Of a stretch of DNA of 37,722 nucleotides, positions 23,750 through 35,628 are shown piece by piece (the first letter of the stretch is position 1; the number at the start of each line of letters is the position of its first letter). Source of the DNA: Octopus bimaculoides (Eukaryota); the NCBI RefSeq assembly GCF_001194135.2, contig NC_068982.1, positions 13,432,894-13,470,615 of the forward strand, in the 5' to 3' direction. The notes beneath the pieces were generated by a model that worked only from the letters and a program-made list of their open reading frames with translations, was not told where the DNA came from and ran no database searches. Both the position numbers and the translations under genes were made by a program.

Positions 23750-24804
23750 TGTATTAATGTAATAGTTTTGAGAGTTTGATGTGGTACTATTTAGAGTCAC
23801 TTATAGCAACTGTGTTATCATCCACTTACAGCTGATGTGTTATCATTTGATTAGTTAGAAAAGAGCAAGCAATATGGTATAGTTATATGAGAACCTTCAT
23901 GAAATAACAGAAGGAAGGAATTTTTTTCTTGGGAATTTCGTATTTGTGATTATTTTCTCTTTCACCAAAAAAGATTTAAAAGGAATAATAACATCAGTTT
24001 ACATACAAAAATAAATACTATTTGTATTTCATATTTCCTTGAGCGATCTATTTTTTAACAAATCTGATAGAAATAGCAATTGTTTTTCTTCAGTGGTATT
24101 TGAAAGTAAAATATGACGATATCATTAGAATACTAATAATAAATGCTATTAGATATGATTAAAAAACAAATTAAGCTTAAATTAATCACTAAACATTATT
24201 CTCTTTATAATTTGCTTTTACTCAATTTGTTTTGTTTTGTTTTGTTTTTTCTCAGATTGTAATTGATTATGCTGTGTGGCAGTTTTTATAATAATTCAAA
24301 CTGTTGGCATTTGTAGTCCAAAATACTACATTCCTCATGTTTAATACTAGACTGACTTTCTTTAATTCTTTTTACCCCCAAACAAAGAAAAAAAAAACGA
24401 AGTAAGTCAAACATGATTTCTTGAAACTCAAACGTTAAACAGTCTGCAATCTGGAATTAGAACGGTAAATAGATAAGACTTCACCTTTCTAAACAAATAA
24501 ACTGTAAATCTCTTGTAAAAGCATGGACAAAGAATGATGACTGCCATAAGTACTTTAAAAACTGATAAAGAAAAAAAACTCCTGTTATCAGACATTAACA
24601 TGAAATTTCTTTCATTCTATTTAATCCAATTGTTGCATCTGGTTTGAAGGCCAAAGTAAATATTTCATGCATCGTAACAAATGATAAATCCTTTTGTGAC
24701 TATTTTTCTGCCAAAGGGTTTTGAATTAATTTCTAAGGAAAAAAAAAACAATCAAGACTTTGGATAAGTTTAGTAAAATGTGTCAATGTTAGTTTTTAGT
24801 TGTC

Positions 24805-25220
24805 ACCATCATCATCATTGTCAGCGGTGGTGGCGTTGTTGTCATCATCATCATCACCATCATCATAGTCATCGTCATCATCATCATCAGCATCATCCTC
24901 ATCATCATCCTCATCATCATCATCATCACCATCATTATCTTTGTCATTGTCATCATTGTCATCATCATCACTGTTATCATCATCTCCTTCATCGTCATCA
25001 TCTTCATCATCATCATCATCATCCTCGTCATCATCATCACTGTCATTGTCATCCTCTTCGTCATCATAGTCATCATCGTCATCATCATCACCATCACTGT
25101 TATCATCATCATCATTGTCATCATCATTGTCATCATCTTCATCATCATCTTTGTCATTGTCATCATCATCACTGTCATCCTCCTCATCATCATCATCTTT
25201 GTCATCCTCATCATCACCAT
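24805..25220. repeat. About 415-bp degenerate (CAT)n array forming the tail of a minus-strand family-D element
   Basis: CAT units with CGT/CAC/CCT/TGT variants, abutting ttttccatgctagcatagg. Confidence 0.9.
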
Positions 25221-25520
25221 TTTACATCCATTTTTTCCATGCTAGCATAGGTTGACAGGTTGTTACAGTCAGAATCAACACACATTTAAGAGTATTGCTT
25301 ACCTGTTGTTTCATTTTGCTTCCTTTTTCCCCAGCAGGAAGCCCTTCCATGACACCAGCTACTTTACTACAGAGTATACTGGATGTCTTATTTTTTTTGT
25401 GGCACCAGCACTAAAGAAGTATCATTTCCTTGACAAGAATAAAGGCCCCTCACAACCTCATACTTTACAGAGTGTACTGAGAGCACAAGAAAGGTTCCCA
25501 TGTCCTTAGCATGACTACAA
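25221..25520 (-). mobile_element. Family-D SINE or LINE 3' end, diverged
   Basis: Similar to 17748-18060. Confidence 0.65.
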
Positions 25521-25875
25521 GGAATGGTAGAACCCCACATCTCAGGTTGTTTGCCTGCCTCATCTCAAAATTAGAAACGTGAGTGATATAGGAATAAAGG
25601 ATAATGATGAGAGGGATGTGTGTTAAAGAGTGGAGCACTAAGAGCCTTCGGTATTCTGAGATTGGTTATGATATTCAAGACAATGCCACATGACTGAAAT
25701 GACAAGATAGGACAGAGATGTGTGAGCCCCAGGAGATAACGCAATGGTAAAGATGGAGTTAGTTTGACACAAGGTGATGACAAGCAGTACAGCAGATATA
25801 AACAGGCCAATGTAGTGATGCTTGTATTAGCAATATAGAATATCATGTTATTTCTAATGAGATTTCGATTCATAT

Positions 25876-26074
25876 TTACTTTTTTACTCTTTTACTTGTT
25901 TCAGTCATTTGACTGCGGCCATGCTGGAGCACCGCCTTTAGCTGAGCAGATCGACCCCAGGACTTATTCTTTGGAAGCCTAGTACTTATTCTATCGGTCT
26001 CTTTTGCCGAACCGCTAAGTTACGGGGACGTAAACACACCAGCATCGGTTGTCAAACGATGTTGGGGGACAAAC

Positions 26075-26105
<31 letters not shown>

Positions 26106-26276
26106 CATATATACGACGGACTTCTTTCAGTTTCCGTCTACCAAATCCACTCACAAGGCTTTGGTCCGCCCGAGGCTATAGTAGAAGACACTTGCTCAAG
26201 GTGCCATGCAGTGGGACTGAACCCTGAACCATGCAGTTGGTAAGCAAGCTACTTACCACACAGCCACTCCTGCACC
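25876..26276 (-). mobile_element. Family-A SINE, full length, among the least decayed copies
   Basis: Many CpGs retained. Both halves and the tail are intact. Confidence 0.93.
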
Positions 26277-27146
26277 TATTTGAACAATATTAATAATATA
26301 TGTTGTCTTGGTCAGATTGGTATTAAAAAAGTTAAAGTAAAAATGTATCTGTTATAATTTACAAAGCCAACAGGTTTCTGTAAAATAGTTGATATGACTG
26401 AAGGTTCTAACGATTAACTTAAATTTCATTGAGTCATTGACCTGATTTAAGCATTCTCTCTCTCTATTTTTCTTTCTGTCTTTACATTAACATCCTTCTA
26501 TTATAATTTTCAATATGAGACCTTGTGGCATGGATCAATAGTTTCTTTCAGCAATAATTTGTTTATCGTGTTCCTTAATTTTTATGTTCTCTAAAATGGC
26601 TTTGGGTACCATATCAGAAGTGTGTTATTAATGTTAAATTGCCAATAGACTAACCGATCAAAATTTGAAACAAAAGGACAAAACAACATTCAAGTAGTCT
26701 TATCTGCGTTCGGTAATTATTTTAAACCATACACTTGCAAAGTCTGTTCAGAACAAAATTAATGATAGTAAAGCAGTCTTCAACAGTTGATATTTTATTA
26801 ATTTTCTCAGATGAAAGCTTTCGTCTTATCCTATACATTCCAGTGTTTGTATCTAGTCTAATAGCCTAAGTGAATATATCATCCAATACAAGTTCATGAT
26901 TAAAGTAAAAGTGTATTCCCTAGAAAATAATTTAATGTCGTAATTCAGTGAGGCAAAAGTAAATATTGATAATGTTGATGCCAGAGTCAATTCAGATATA
27001 GTTAAGCTTGATCTAGTTCCTGATAATGCTTGTATTGTTCTGTCAAATTTGATATCGCTACAATTACGATCAATCTCATTGTTTAATATTAATAAAATTA
27101 TGTCTGTGGATAAAATCCTTATCTTCTGTGTTGTATACCATTGCTG

Positions 27147-27796
27147 TGGAGGCACGTAGCCTAGTGGTTAGAGCAATGGACTCATGGTTGAGGGATTGTG
27201 GGTTCGAATCTCAGACTGAGCAATGTGTGTGTTTATGAGTGAAACATCTAAGTTCCCTGCGGCTCTGCCAGAAGGTAATGGTAAACTTCTGCTGACTTTT
27301 TCGCCACAACTTTCTCTCACTCTTTCCTCCTGCATCTAACAACTTACCTGTGATGGACTGGTGTCTAGTCCAGGTGAGGCACTTATATGCCGATGAAACT
27401 GGGAAACCGGCCCTGATGAGCCAAGCATGGCTCAAGAAGAAACAAACAATATATATATATATATGTGTGTGTGTGTGTATGTGTGTATGTAGAGGCACAT
27501 GGCCTAGTGGTTAAAGCAGCAGACTTGCAGTCGAGCAATCATTGGTTCAAAACTCAGATTGGGTGATGTGTGTGTTTATGAGTGAAACACCTAAGCTCCC
27601 TGTGGCTCCAGTAGAAGGTAATGATAAATTTCTGCTGACTCTTTCACCACAACTTTCTCTCACTCTTTCCTCCTGCATCTAGCAACTCACCTGCGATGGA
27701 CTGGTGGCCCATCCAGGTGGGGAGCCTATACACCAACCTAACCGGGAAACTGACCCTCATGAGCCAGGCATTGCTTGAGAAGAAACAAACAGCAAC
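27147..27796 (+). mobile_element. Head-to-tail dimer of tRNA-derived family-C SINEs inside one 12-bp TSD
   Basis: Monomers at about 27147-27448 and 27490-27796 (A box tagtggtt, B box ggttcgaatc). TSD ataccattgctg at 27135-27146 and 27797-27808. Confidence 0.88.
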
Positions 27797-27885
27797 ATAC
27801 CATTGCTGGCAGTGGATATATACAACTTTTGATATTGACAGTATTTGAGATCAAGAGTACACAGTTCCATCCTTTTACATTTTAG

Positions 27886-28462
27886 TTTCAAATATTGGTT
27901 TCAAGTTTTGGCACAAGGCCAGAAATTCCAGGTGTGGGGTAAGTCAATTACATCAACCACAAGAACTTGACTGGTACTTATTTTATTAATCCTGAACGGG
28001 TGAAAGATAAAGTCATCTTTACCGGAATTTGAACTCAGAACATAAAACTGGATGAAACACCACTAAACATTTTGCCTGGTGTACTAATGATTCTTTTCTA
28101 CTGTAGGCACAAGGCCCGAAATTTTGAGGGAGGGGGGCAGTCAATTAGATCGACCCCAGTATGTAACTGGTACTTGATTTATCAACCCTGAAAGGATGAA
28201 AGGCAAAGTCGACCTCAGTAGAATAAAAGTGGAGAAGAATGAAATATTCTTTTCTACTCTAGGCAGAAGGCCTGAAGTTTCTGGAAAGGAGACCAGTCGA
28301 TTATATCGACCCCAATACACAACTGGTAGTTAATTTGACAACTCCAAAAGGATGAAAGGCAAAGTCGACCTTGGCTGAATTTGAACTCAGAACGTAATGG
28401 CAGATGAAATACTGCTAAGCATTTCGCCTGGCATGCTAACGTTTCTGCCAGCTCGCTGCCTT
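27886..28462 (-). mobile_element. Three stacked family-B SINE copies
   Basis: The core ctggta..t.att..atc.accc.gaaaggatgaaagg recurs three times. Head gcagcgagctggcagaaacg is on the minus strand. Confidence 0.88.
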
Positions 28463-28790
28463 TTCTAATTTCAAATATTAATTCCACATTCTAAGTGCAC
28501 ATTATCAATAAAGATACACAAGTATATTACGTTGCTATTATGCAAAAGTGTTGTAAGTCCAAATCATTGCTTTTTCAGAAAACGAAAAATAGTTTCACCA
28601 TTCCATTGCAAAACTGTTGTACTACACTTTGACAATTTTCATATCTTGGCATCTGAAGCAGCTGGAGGTACGATAGTTTGACCAAATGAACTGGCCATTG
28701 CAAACAAAAATAAATATTGAAAAAAAACACAATTGGCCAAATTTGAACATATGACAGTTTAACATAATAGCAATGATTAAATTCTTTATA

Positions 28791-29016
28791 CAGTAATCCC
28801 TTGACTATTACGGGTGTTAAGTTCCAAAATCTCCCATGTTAGGTGAAAATCTGTGAAGTAGAAATAGTACTGTACTGTATATTTATTTCATTATTTTTAT
28901 AACTTGTATATATATATTTTTTTTTTTATAAATGCTAAAGAACACCATGGAGGAATCAATATAAGCTTAAATAATAAACCATGATAGGTGAGCAGCAATC
29001 TGGTGAGTGATTACTG
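28791..29016. mobile_element. Tigger/pogo-type MITE
   Basis: TA-cagtaatcccttgactatt left end and gtgagtgattactg right end (reverse complement cagtaatcactcac). Confidence 0.65.
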
Positions 29017-29180
29017 CACATCACTCTACATTTGTCAAACCATGTAACAATTCAACATTCTTTTACTTTTTATTCATTGGTATTATATTTTGTAAGATAT
29101 CTTTTTGGAGATGTTATTTAGGTTTCCATAAAGTTTAAGTGTGTGTGTGTGCTTGTGTCCATATTTGTGCGTGTGTATGT

Positions 29181-29230
<50 letters not shown>

Positions 29231-29529
29231 CAGACCGACAGAAAGAGACCATCGTCATCACCAACACCACCACCACCACCATCTCTTTTTATTTTGAGTT
29301 CAAATACTGCCATGACTCACTTGGATGGTAGATTTAATCCATTACTTGGTTTAAAACCTTTACCTGGTACCTAGGGTGCCTTCGGTGGAGTCCACTCTGT
29401 AGCGAGCATTCAGATTAAGTCTCCAGTTTGAGGACAGTTTCCTCCTTCCCCTCCCCAACAGTCTGGAATGCCTAAGACTGTTGACTCCATTAAAAACCTG
29501 ATGAATTAAACTGAGACGTCTGTAATGTC

Positions 29530-29790
29530 TCTATTGCAGCTGAACTCATTTCACCCGGTAACAGCTTATAATATACTGCTTGCTATATCACTTGTTTTTC
29601 ATTAACACCTTTCTGCCTGCCCTACCTGATTAACTGAGTAATTAACACTCACAGTTTGTAGCCTGATTCTTTCAACATCTCAGCAATTATTCTCAATGGA
29701 GCTGCTGCTTTTCCAGCCTTCATAGTCTTAATTGCCTTCCTAATAATGACAAAACTAACTTTAATAGCTATCTTCCCATTTGATTGTCTT
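29530..29790 (-). pseudogene. RTE-clade LINE reverse-transcriptase N-terminal fragment
   Basis: RKAIKTMKAGKAAAPLRIIAEMLKESG resembles the K.GKA.GP.GI.AEMLK motif that precedes LINE RT domains. Internal stops present. Confidence 0.7.
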
Positions 29791-31912
29791 TGGAGTAGTT
29801 TCTTAACACATGAATTTAATAATTGGAATTAAAGGAGTAAAATATTACAGAAAGGCATGAAATATAAGAAAAAGAATTGGAGATAAACAGAAAGAAATTA
29901 AATACCACAAGAGGGAAAGAGAGAGAATTAATTTCATCAACTTTGTTAATGCTTTAAGTCTGTCAGTGAAATGTTGTCTACTGGAAAATTAATATAATTT
30001 TTTTCTAGTTTCATCAAGACTGAACACTTCAGTTAGAAAACGCATTTTGATACTAGCACTTCCAAACAATGGATATTCCTTTTTTCTTTTACACCAGTTT
30101 ATTTTATTTGTTGTTTAAAGTAGAACGGTATTGTTTTACAAAGTGAACCATGAGCTGCAACTGTTCTTCTCCGCATTTTTGATGATTGTAACAAAAATTC
30201 TAACAGCATAACAATGTTTTTAAGAATTCTTTTTGAAGAGCAGTGATTAGAAAATATTCTATTTATGTTGCTGAGAGGCATTAAACTCATGACACCACTG
30301 GAACTAACTAACTAACAAATAAACATTTTGTATTTTGTAATTCTTTGATTGCCCTGTATTGGGAACATAATGCAATAATGGATTAATATTAATGTAATAC
30401 AGTTCTATATTTAAGAGATGAGGAATTATGTACATTATGTACAAGAATTATGTACAAGAAAGTAATGTTTGCATAAGCAACGGTGTCATTGTCAAGATAT
30501 GTCAGAAATCTGAGAGATTCACACTAAACTGGAGAAATACAAGGCAGTAACAGAAGCACAGTTAACCAGAATGCATTGATAAACTTGCAGCTTAGTAGTT
30601 ACAAAAATGAGCCTTAGAAAAGTAAGAGTATGCCAGTCAGTTTGTCACTGATGTGAAAATATGGTTAGTGAACTTGAGACTGTTTGGGCCCAGATCTTCT
30701 GGTAGATAGGAACAAGTAAGAGGCTATGAGAACAAAGTGACCTATACCACTAAAAGATGAATGAGAGTAAGTTATTTTTTTTGATGAAGAGAAGTTATTC
30801 CAGTTATGAAATTATAATAAATGGCTGTGACCCCCGGTAGATTTAGTTGGTGTCCAATATTCTTGTGAAGATTGTTCCGCTACCTTCTTTTGATAACAAA
30901 AAAATTGGTAGTTTTCCTGTGTCTGGAAGCTTTTACAAGCCAACTACTCAGTTTGAAATAGCCAAGAAGTTAATTTGTAAAAGCCAACTAAATCCTCATC
31001 AATTTCTTCAAGTACCATATGAGAGAGAATTCTTATTTTATGGAAAGCAAGTGAGAGTAGAGAATTTGATTTGGATAAAAGTTGTTTGAATTGAATATAT
31101 ATATCCAGAGCAGAGAATAATAAGAATTTTAAGGTCCCCATTGGGTAGATGTCAAGTATTATTTTGTCACATTCACTTCAGATCACTCACCCAAAGTTGA
31201 CTTGACCTCTTTTCCTTTCCAAAGTTAAGAAATAAGCTCCAAGGAAACATAGGGATCGATGTATTTGAATACAGCAACCAGCATTTGTGGCTTTTTACCA
31301 AATTTAGAAATCTTTGTTGTTATTGTTTTAATATTTTCATGCAAGTTTTCACTGCCCTGGCAGAAGCAGTATTGGTTTTAAAAAGTCGTTCATATGTTCT
31401 ATATAGTTTTCTGTGTAGAGGGATTTGTTTCAGTGTTTCTTGTATTTTTATTAAGCATTCCATTTGTTGTGAAAGGTTTCACTGCATCAGTCAAAGATTG
31501 TGAGGGCAATGTATTGTGTAAGTTATGTCATTATATAAAGTGATGATTGAGATGTGTAGATACAGGATATGTTGTGTCCAGTATTGTGAGATGATCACAT
31601 AAAATATATATGATCCATGAAGAATGTCTGTCATATGTGCAACAGATATTTTTGGAATGCATGCAAATTTTAAACCCCAATATGATTCCTATCAGACCCA
31701 AAGTACCACATATTATGGGGGTCACATACTATTACAAAGTACCACATTAAACAGTATGAATGTCCTTTCATACTGATGATGATGATGTTGATGACGACGA
31801 CGATGATGAAAATTATGTATTTTATGCATTTTCATTTTTTTAAAATTGTATTTGGTCGGTTTTTATTCTCTTTTAACTGTTTACTATGATAGTTCAATTT
31901 AACTGAAATGAA

Positions 31913-32236
31913 CCGTTACTCTGTTGGTTACCATGATGAGGTTTCCAGGTGATCTGATCAATGGAAAAATCCACTCATGAAATTAACATGCAAGTGGCTG
32001 AGCACTCCACAAACACGCGTACCCTTGACATAGTTCTCAGGGAGGTTCAGTGTGACACAGAGTGTGACAAGGCTGGCCCTTTGAAATACAGGTACAACTC
32101 ATTTTTGCCAGCTGAGTGAACTGAAGCAACAAGAGATAAAGTGTCTTGCTCAAGAACACAATACACATCTGGGAATTGAACTCAAGTCCTTACAATCGTG
32201 CACTGAATGCCCTAACCACTGAGCCATGTGCTTTCA
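31913..32236 (-). mobile_element. tRNA-derived SINE (family C related)
   Basis: Minus-strand head tggctcagtggttagggcattc...gagttcaattccc. The 3' body is shared with 32246-32630. Confidence 0.85.
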
Positions 32237-32245
32237 CTAGTAGGA

Positions 32246-32630
32246 GTTGTGGCACTCTGTCGGTTATGATGATGAGGCCTCCAGTTGATCTGATCAACAG
32301 AACAGCCTGCTCGTGAAATTAACATGCAAGTGGCTGAGCACTCCACAGACATGTGTACCCTTAACGTAGTTCTCGGGGAGATTCAGCGTGATACAGAGTG
32401 TGACAAGGCTGGCCCTTTGAAATACAGGCACAACAGAAACAGGAAGAAAGAGTGAGAGAAAGTTGTGGTGAAAGAGTACAGCAGGGTTCGCTACAACCCG
32501 CTGCTGGAGTTTCACAGAGCTTTAGGTGTTTTCATTCAATAAACATTCACAATACCGGGTCTGGGAATCGAAACTGTGATCCTACAACTGAGAGTCTGCT
32601 ACTCTAACCACTGGGCCATTGCACCTGCAC
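32246..32630 (-). mobile_element. tRNA-derived SINE; 5' part homologous to the 27147-27796 monomers
   Basis: tggcccagtggttagagtagcagactc head and ctctttcaccacaactttctctcactcttt on the minus strand. Confidence 0.85.
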
Positions 32631-33382
32631 ACTAGTAGGGGTGGTTGCAGCAAAAGCAAGAGTACCAGTATTCCATTGCCAAAAATATGACCTTTGGATT
32701 TGTTGACATCATAATCTTGGATGAATATCCTCTAATTTCTACTTGATTATTTAACTGCAGTAGTTAAGCTTCATAAATGAATATTCACATTTATTTAATT
32801 GTATAAAAATAAAAAAATAAAAAGCAGAATTTAAAAATCAAACAATATTGAAAAATAAGATGACTTAAACAAATATCTACTTCTATGAGAAAAATTTGCT
32901 TCAACAGTATTTTTCTCACTGTTGTAATAATCTGCTTCTAGATATCTCATATTATTTATTTTATTGTCACATTAAAATATGCTGTGATGCTCTGACATTC
33001 AGAGAAATATTTATTTTATTTCATTCATGTTTTGTTTTTGTAGTTCTGTGTGACATAAAATAAATATTTTCATTACATGCAAATGAAAGAAACAATTAAA
33101 TATTTTCCCTTAATTTGAACTACTGCGTTTAAAATCTTTTTAAAAGAGTTCATTTAAAGCTGACAAAACAAATATCGATATGCAGTTTCTACTATAGCTT
33201 CAGGTTAACTCGAGTCTTGAGAATGAAATTGCATAGGAATAAAGTGGATGCAGGATGCTGTAGGTAACTGTAATTAAAAGGTTAGCATTGTCACCCAAAG
33301 TGCCACCTGGCTTTGCTTACACATACATACATACATACATACACACACACAGACACACAGACACACATACACACACACACAT

Positions 33383-33418
<36 letters not shown>

Positions 33419-33454
33419 CTATATATATATATATATATATATCTATATATATAT

Positions 33455-33680
33455 ATATATAATCGATCCAAACATGAACAAGCAAGAAAAACAACAAAAT
33501 ACAACAACAACAATGCAAGGACGTAGAACAAGCACTGTGTTATTGGACGCTCAGGAAAGGAAAGAAAAGAAACAGGATTTCATGTTTCGAGCAGAGCTCT
33601 TCATCAGAAATATAGAAAAAGTCCAAAGAAGGGAAGACGGAGAAAGAAAATCGCCAACGATACACACGTGGTCACATATT
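33455..33680 (-). mobile_element. PLE pseudo-LTR-like repeat with a hammerhead-like core and a (TA)n tail
   Basis: Minus strand CTGATGA-A-GAGC-TCT-GCTC-GAAAC at 33584-33607. Flanks are homologous to 37289-37417. Confidence 0.6.
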
Positions 33681-33714
33681 GGTTTTTTTATATATATATA
33701 TATATATATACACA

Positions 33715-34152
33715 CAGGGTGTAGTGGGTAAATTGTCACCATTTAATGTTTTTAATTTTGCACGTGAGCATTGTTTGTTTTTGATTTTCTTGACTTCACA
33801 GTATAGTAGGGTCAGTTGGACACCCTCTGTGAGAAAAACAGCACTATGACACAATTCACCCTGCCAGAAATTTGAAAACGACATGCTGTACTGCTTGGCA
33901 TGCATGCCAGAAGCTCCAATACGAGCATTTCAGAGTGTTTGGGTGTCAATCTGAGGACATGTACTGAGAGTGATAAAAATCAAATATCCAGTCAACATCA
34001 TGGTGTTTGGAGTGATCACTAGTGATGGAGATGTTATGCCTCCATTCATCTTCCTACATGGCCTCACACTCAACACAGAAGCCTACATCAAGCACCTGGA
34101 GGAGGTAGTGCTGCCCTGGGTGAAGAGAGTGGTTACTGGAAGAGCCTATGTC
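33715..34152 (+). pseudogene. Internally deleted Tc1/mariner transposon: left TIR, N-terminus and mid-catalytic segment
   Basis: cagggtg TIR-like start. MTQFTLPEI*KRHAVLLG...ECLGVNLRT (33846-33959) fused to KYPVNIMVFGVITSDGDVMPPFIFLHGLTLNTEAYIKHLEEVVLPWVKRVVTGRAYV. Confidence 0.85.
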
Positions 34153-34262
34153 TTTCTTAGTGCCTTTTTTGCAATCCAAGTATTTTCAATCCAATGTGCA
34201 CACACACACACACACACACACATTTGCATGCACCATGGTCGATGCCAGCCCCCCCGATCCAC

Positions 34263-34516
34263 CACCACCACCACCACTCTGACCGGCTCATGTGCCAGTG
34301 GCACGTAAAAAAGCACCATCTGAATGTGGCCGATGCCAGTAAAGTACCCACTACACTCTCGGAGTGGTTGGCATTAGGAAGGGCATCCAGCTGTTGAAAC
34401 CTTGCCAGATCAGATTGGAGCCTGGTGCAGCCTCCTGGCTTGCCAGCCCCCAGTCAAACCGTCCGACCCATGCCAGCATGGAAAACGGACGTTAAATGAT
34501 GATGATGATGATGATG
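34263..34516 (+). mobile_element. Family-D SINE or LINE 3' end with a (GAT)n tail; another at 36140-36352
   Basis: ggttggcattaggaagggcatccagctg ... cccatgccagcatggaaaacggacgttaaatgatgat. Confidence 0.88.
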
Positions 34517-34928
34517 AAACACACATGCACGCACACAAACACTCATTTATTGTTAACAGTCCATGTATGGACAGATCTAAAGAGTTTTGTCTCCAGATAT
34601 ATTATCTTCGTTGATAATAAAAGAAGGATCAGCTGGATTAGTTTCAATCTAGTGTTTAGGATTTCTTCAGTGACTGATTACTCTCTTTAACTGAATCTAG
34701 ATGTAACAGAAGAAATACTTCACTGTTTATAAACTTACAATTACAAACGACTTAACTAAATTAGATAGATCAACTTTCTTACATAATGCATTCTTGGCAG
34801 CTTGTTAGATTAACATATCACTAGAGATTTAAAAGGATTTGGGTTTAAAGTTATTACAGCATATTAGTGTATTATAGAATATATCTATAGATTCTTAGCT
34901 AATTGGCTTGTCTAATTTATTCTGTATT

Positions 34929-35628
34929 TATGGCAGTGAAACATGGTCTTTGGATACAGAGAACTTGTGAAGGCTTGAAAGAAATGAAGCTAGTATGCTC
35001 TGCTTGACAGTTAATGCCAGTGTGCATGCACAACAGAGTGTAAATGATTTAAGAGGAAAACTGGGTATTAAGAGGCATCAGATGTTGTGTGCAAGAAAGA
35101 AGATTGTGCTGGTTTGGTTATGTGATGTGTATGAATTAGGACAGCTGCATAGAGAAGTGCTGAGCTCTGATTGCGGATGGAAACTGTGGATGGAAACTGT
35201 GGATGGAAACTGTGGAAGGGGTAGATCCAGGAAGACATGGGACGAAGTGCTGAGAAATGATCTTCAGACACTAGGCTTCACTGAAGAAATGACAAGGGAC
35301 CAGGAGTTGTGGTGATTTACTGTACTCGAGAAGACACATCTAGCTAAGTAAAATTGCTGTCATCCATACATTCTGGCTTGTCCTTTGCAGGTGCTTGTCC
35401 CATATAACATGCACTCACGTTGGTGCTGTGTAAACGCACCTGTGCCAGTGACATGTGAATAACATGCAGCACACTCTGTAAACTGGTTGGCATTAGGAAG
35501 GCTGTCCAACCATGCCACAACAGACAATAGAAGCCTTATGCAGCTCCTTGACTAGCCAGCTCAATGTCAAACTGCCCAACCCATGCCAGCATGGAAAAGG
35601 AACATTAAATGATAATGATGATGATGAT
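34929..35628 (+). mobile_element. RTE-clade LINE 3' end: decayed ORF C-terminus, 3' UTR and (GAT)n tail
   Basis: YGSETW..., GRGRSRKTWDEVLRNDLQTLGFTEEMTRD. Contains a 13-bp triplication ggatggaaactgt at 35176-35214. Confidence 0.88.

Noticed and set aside
27147-27225. tRNA-like sequences at SINE heads (also 27490, 32170-32236, 32560-32630, 21834)
   Set aside because: A and B boxes are present but there is no intact cloverleaf, and they continue into SINE bodies. Not tRNA genes.
27411-27445. ctgatgagccaagcatggctc in a SINE tail, resembling a hammerhead core
   Set aside because: GAAA does not follow the stem, and the sister monomer lacks CTGATGA.
26853-27850. Minus-strand frame of about 111 codons after removing the SINE dimer
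   Set aside because: No ATG, no recognisable domain, and about one frame this long is expected by chance in the window.
30849-30890. YSCEDCSATF zinc-finger-like peptide
   Set aside because: A stop follows immediately and there are no His ligands.
31531-31725. IICGTLGLIGIILG resembling GPCR TM1
   Set aside because: It lacks the conserved GN and no further transmembrane segments follow.
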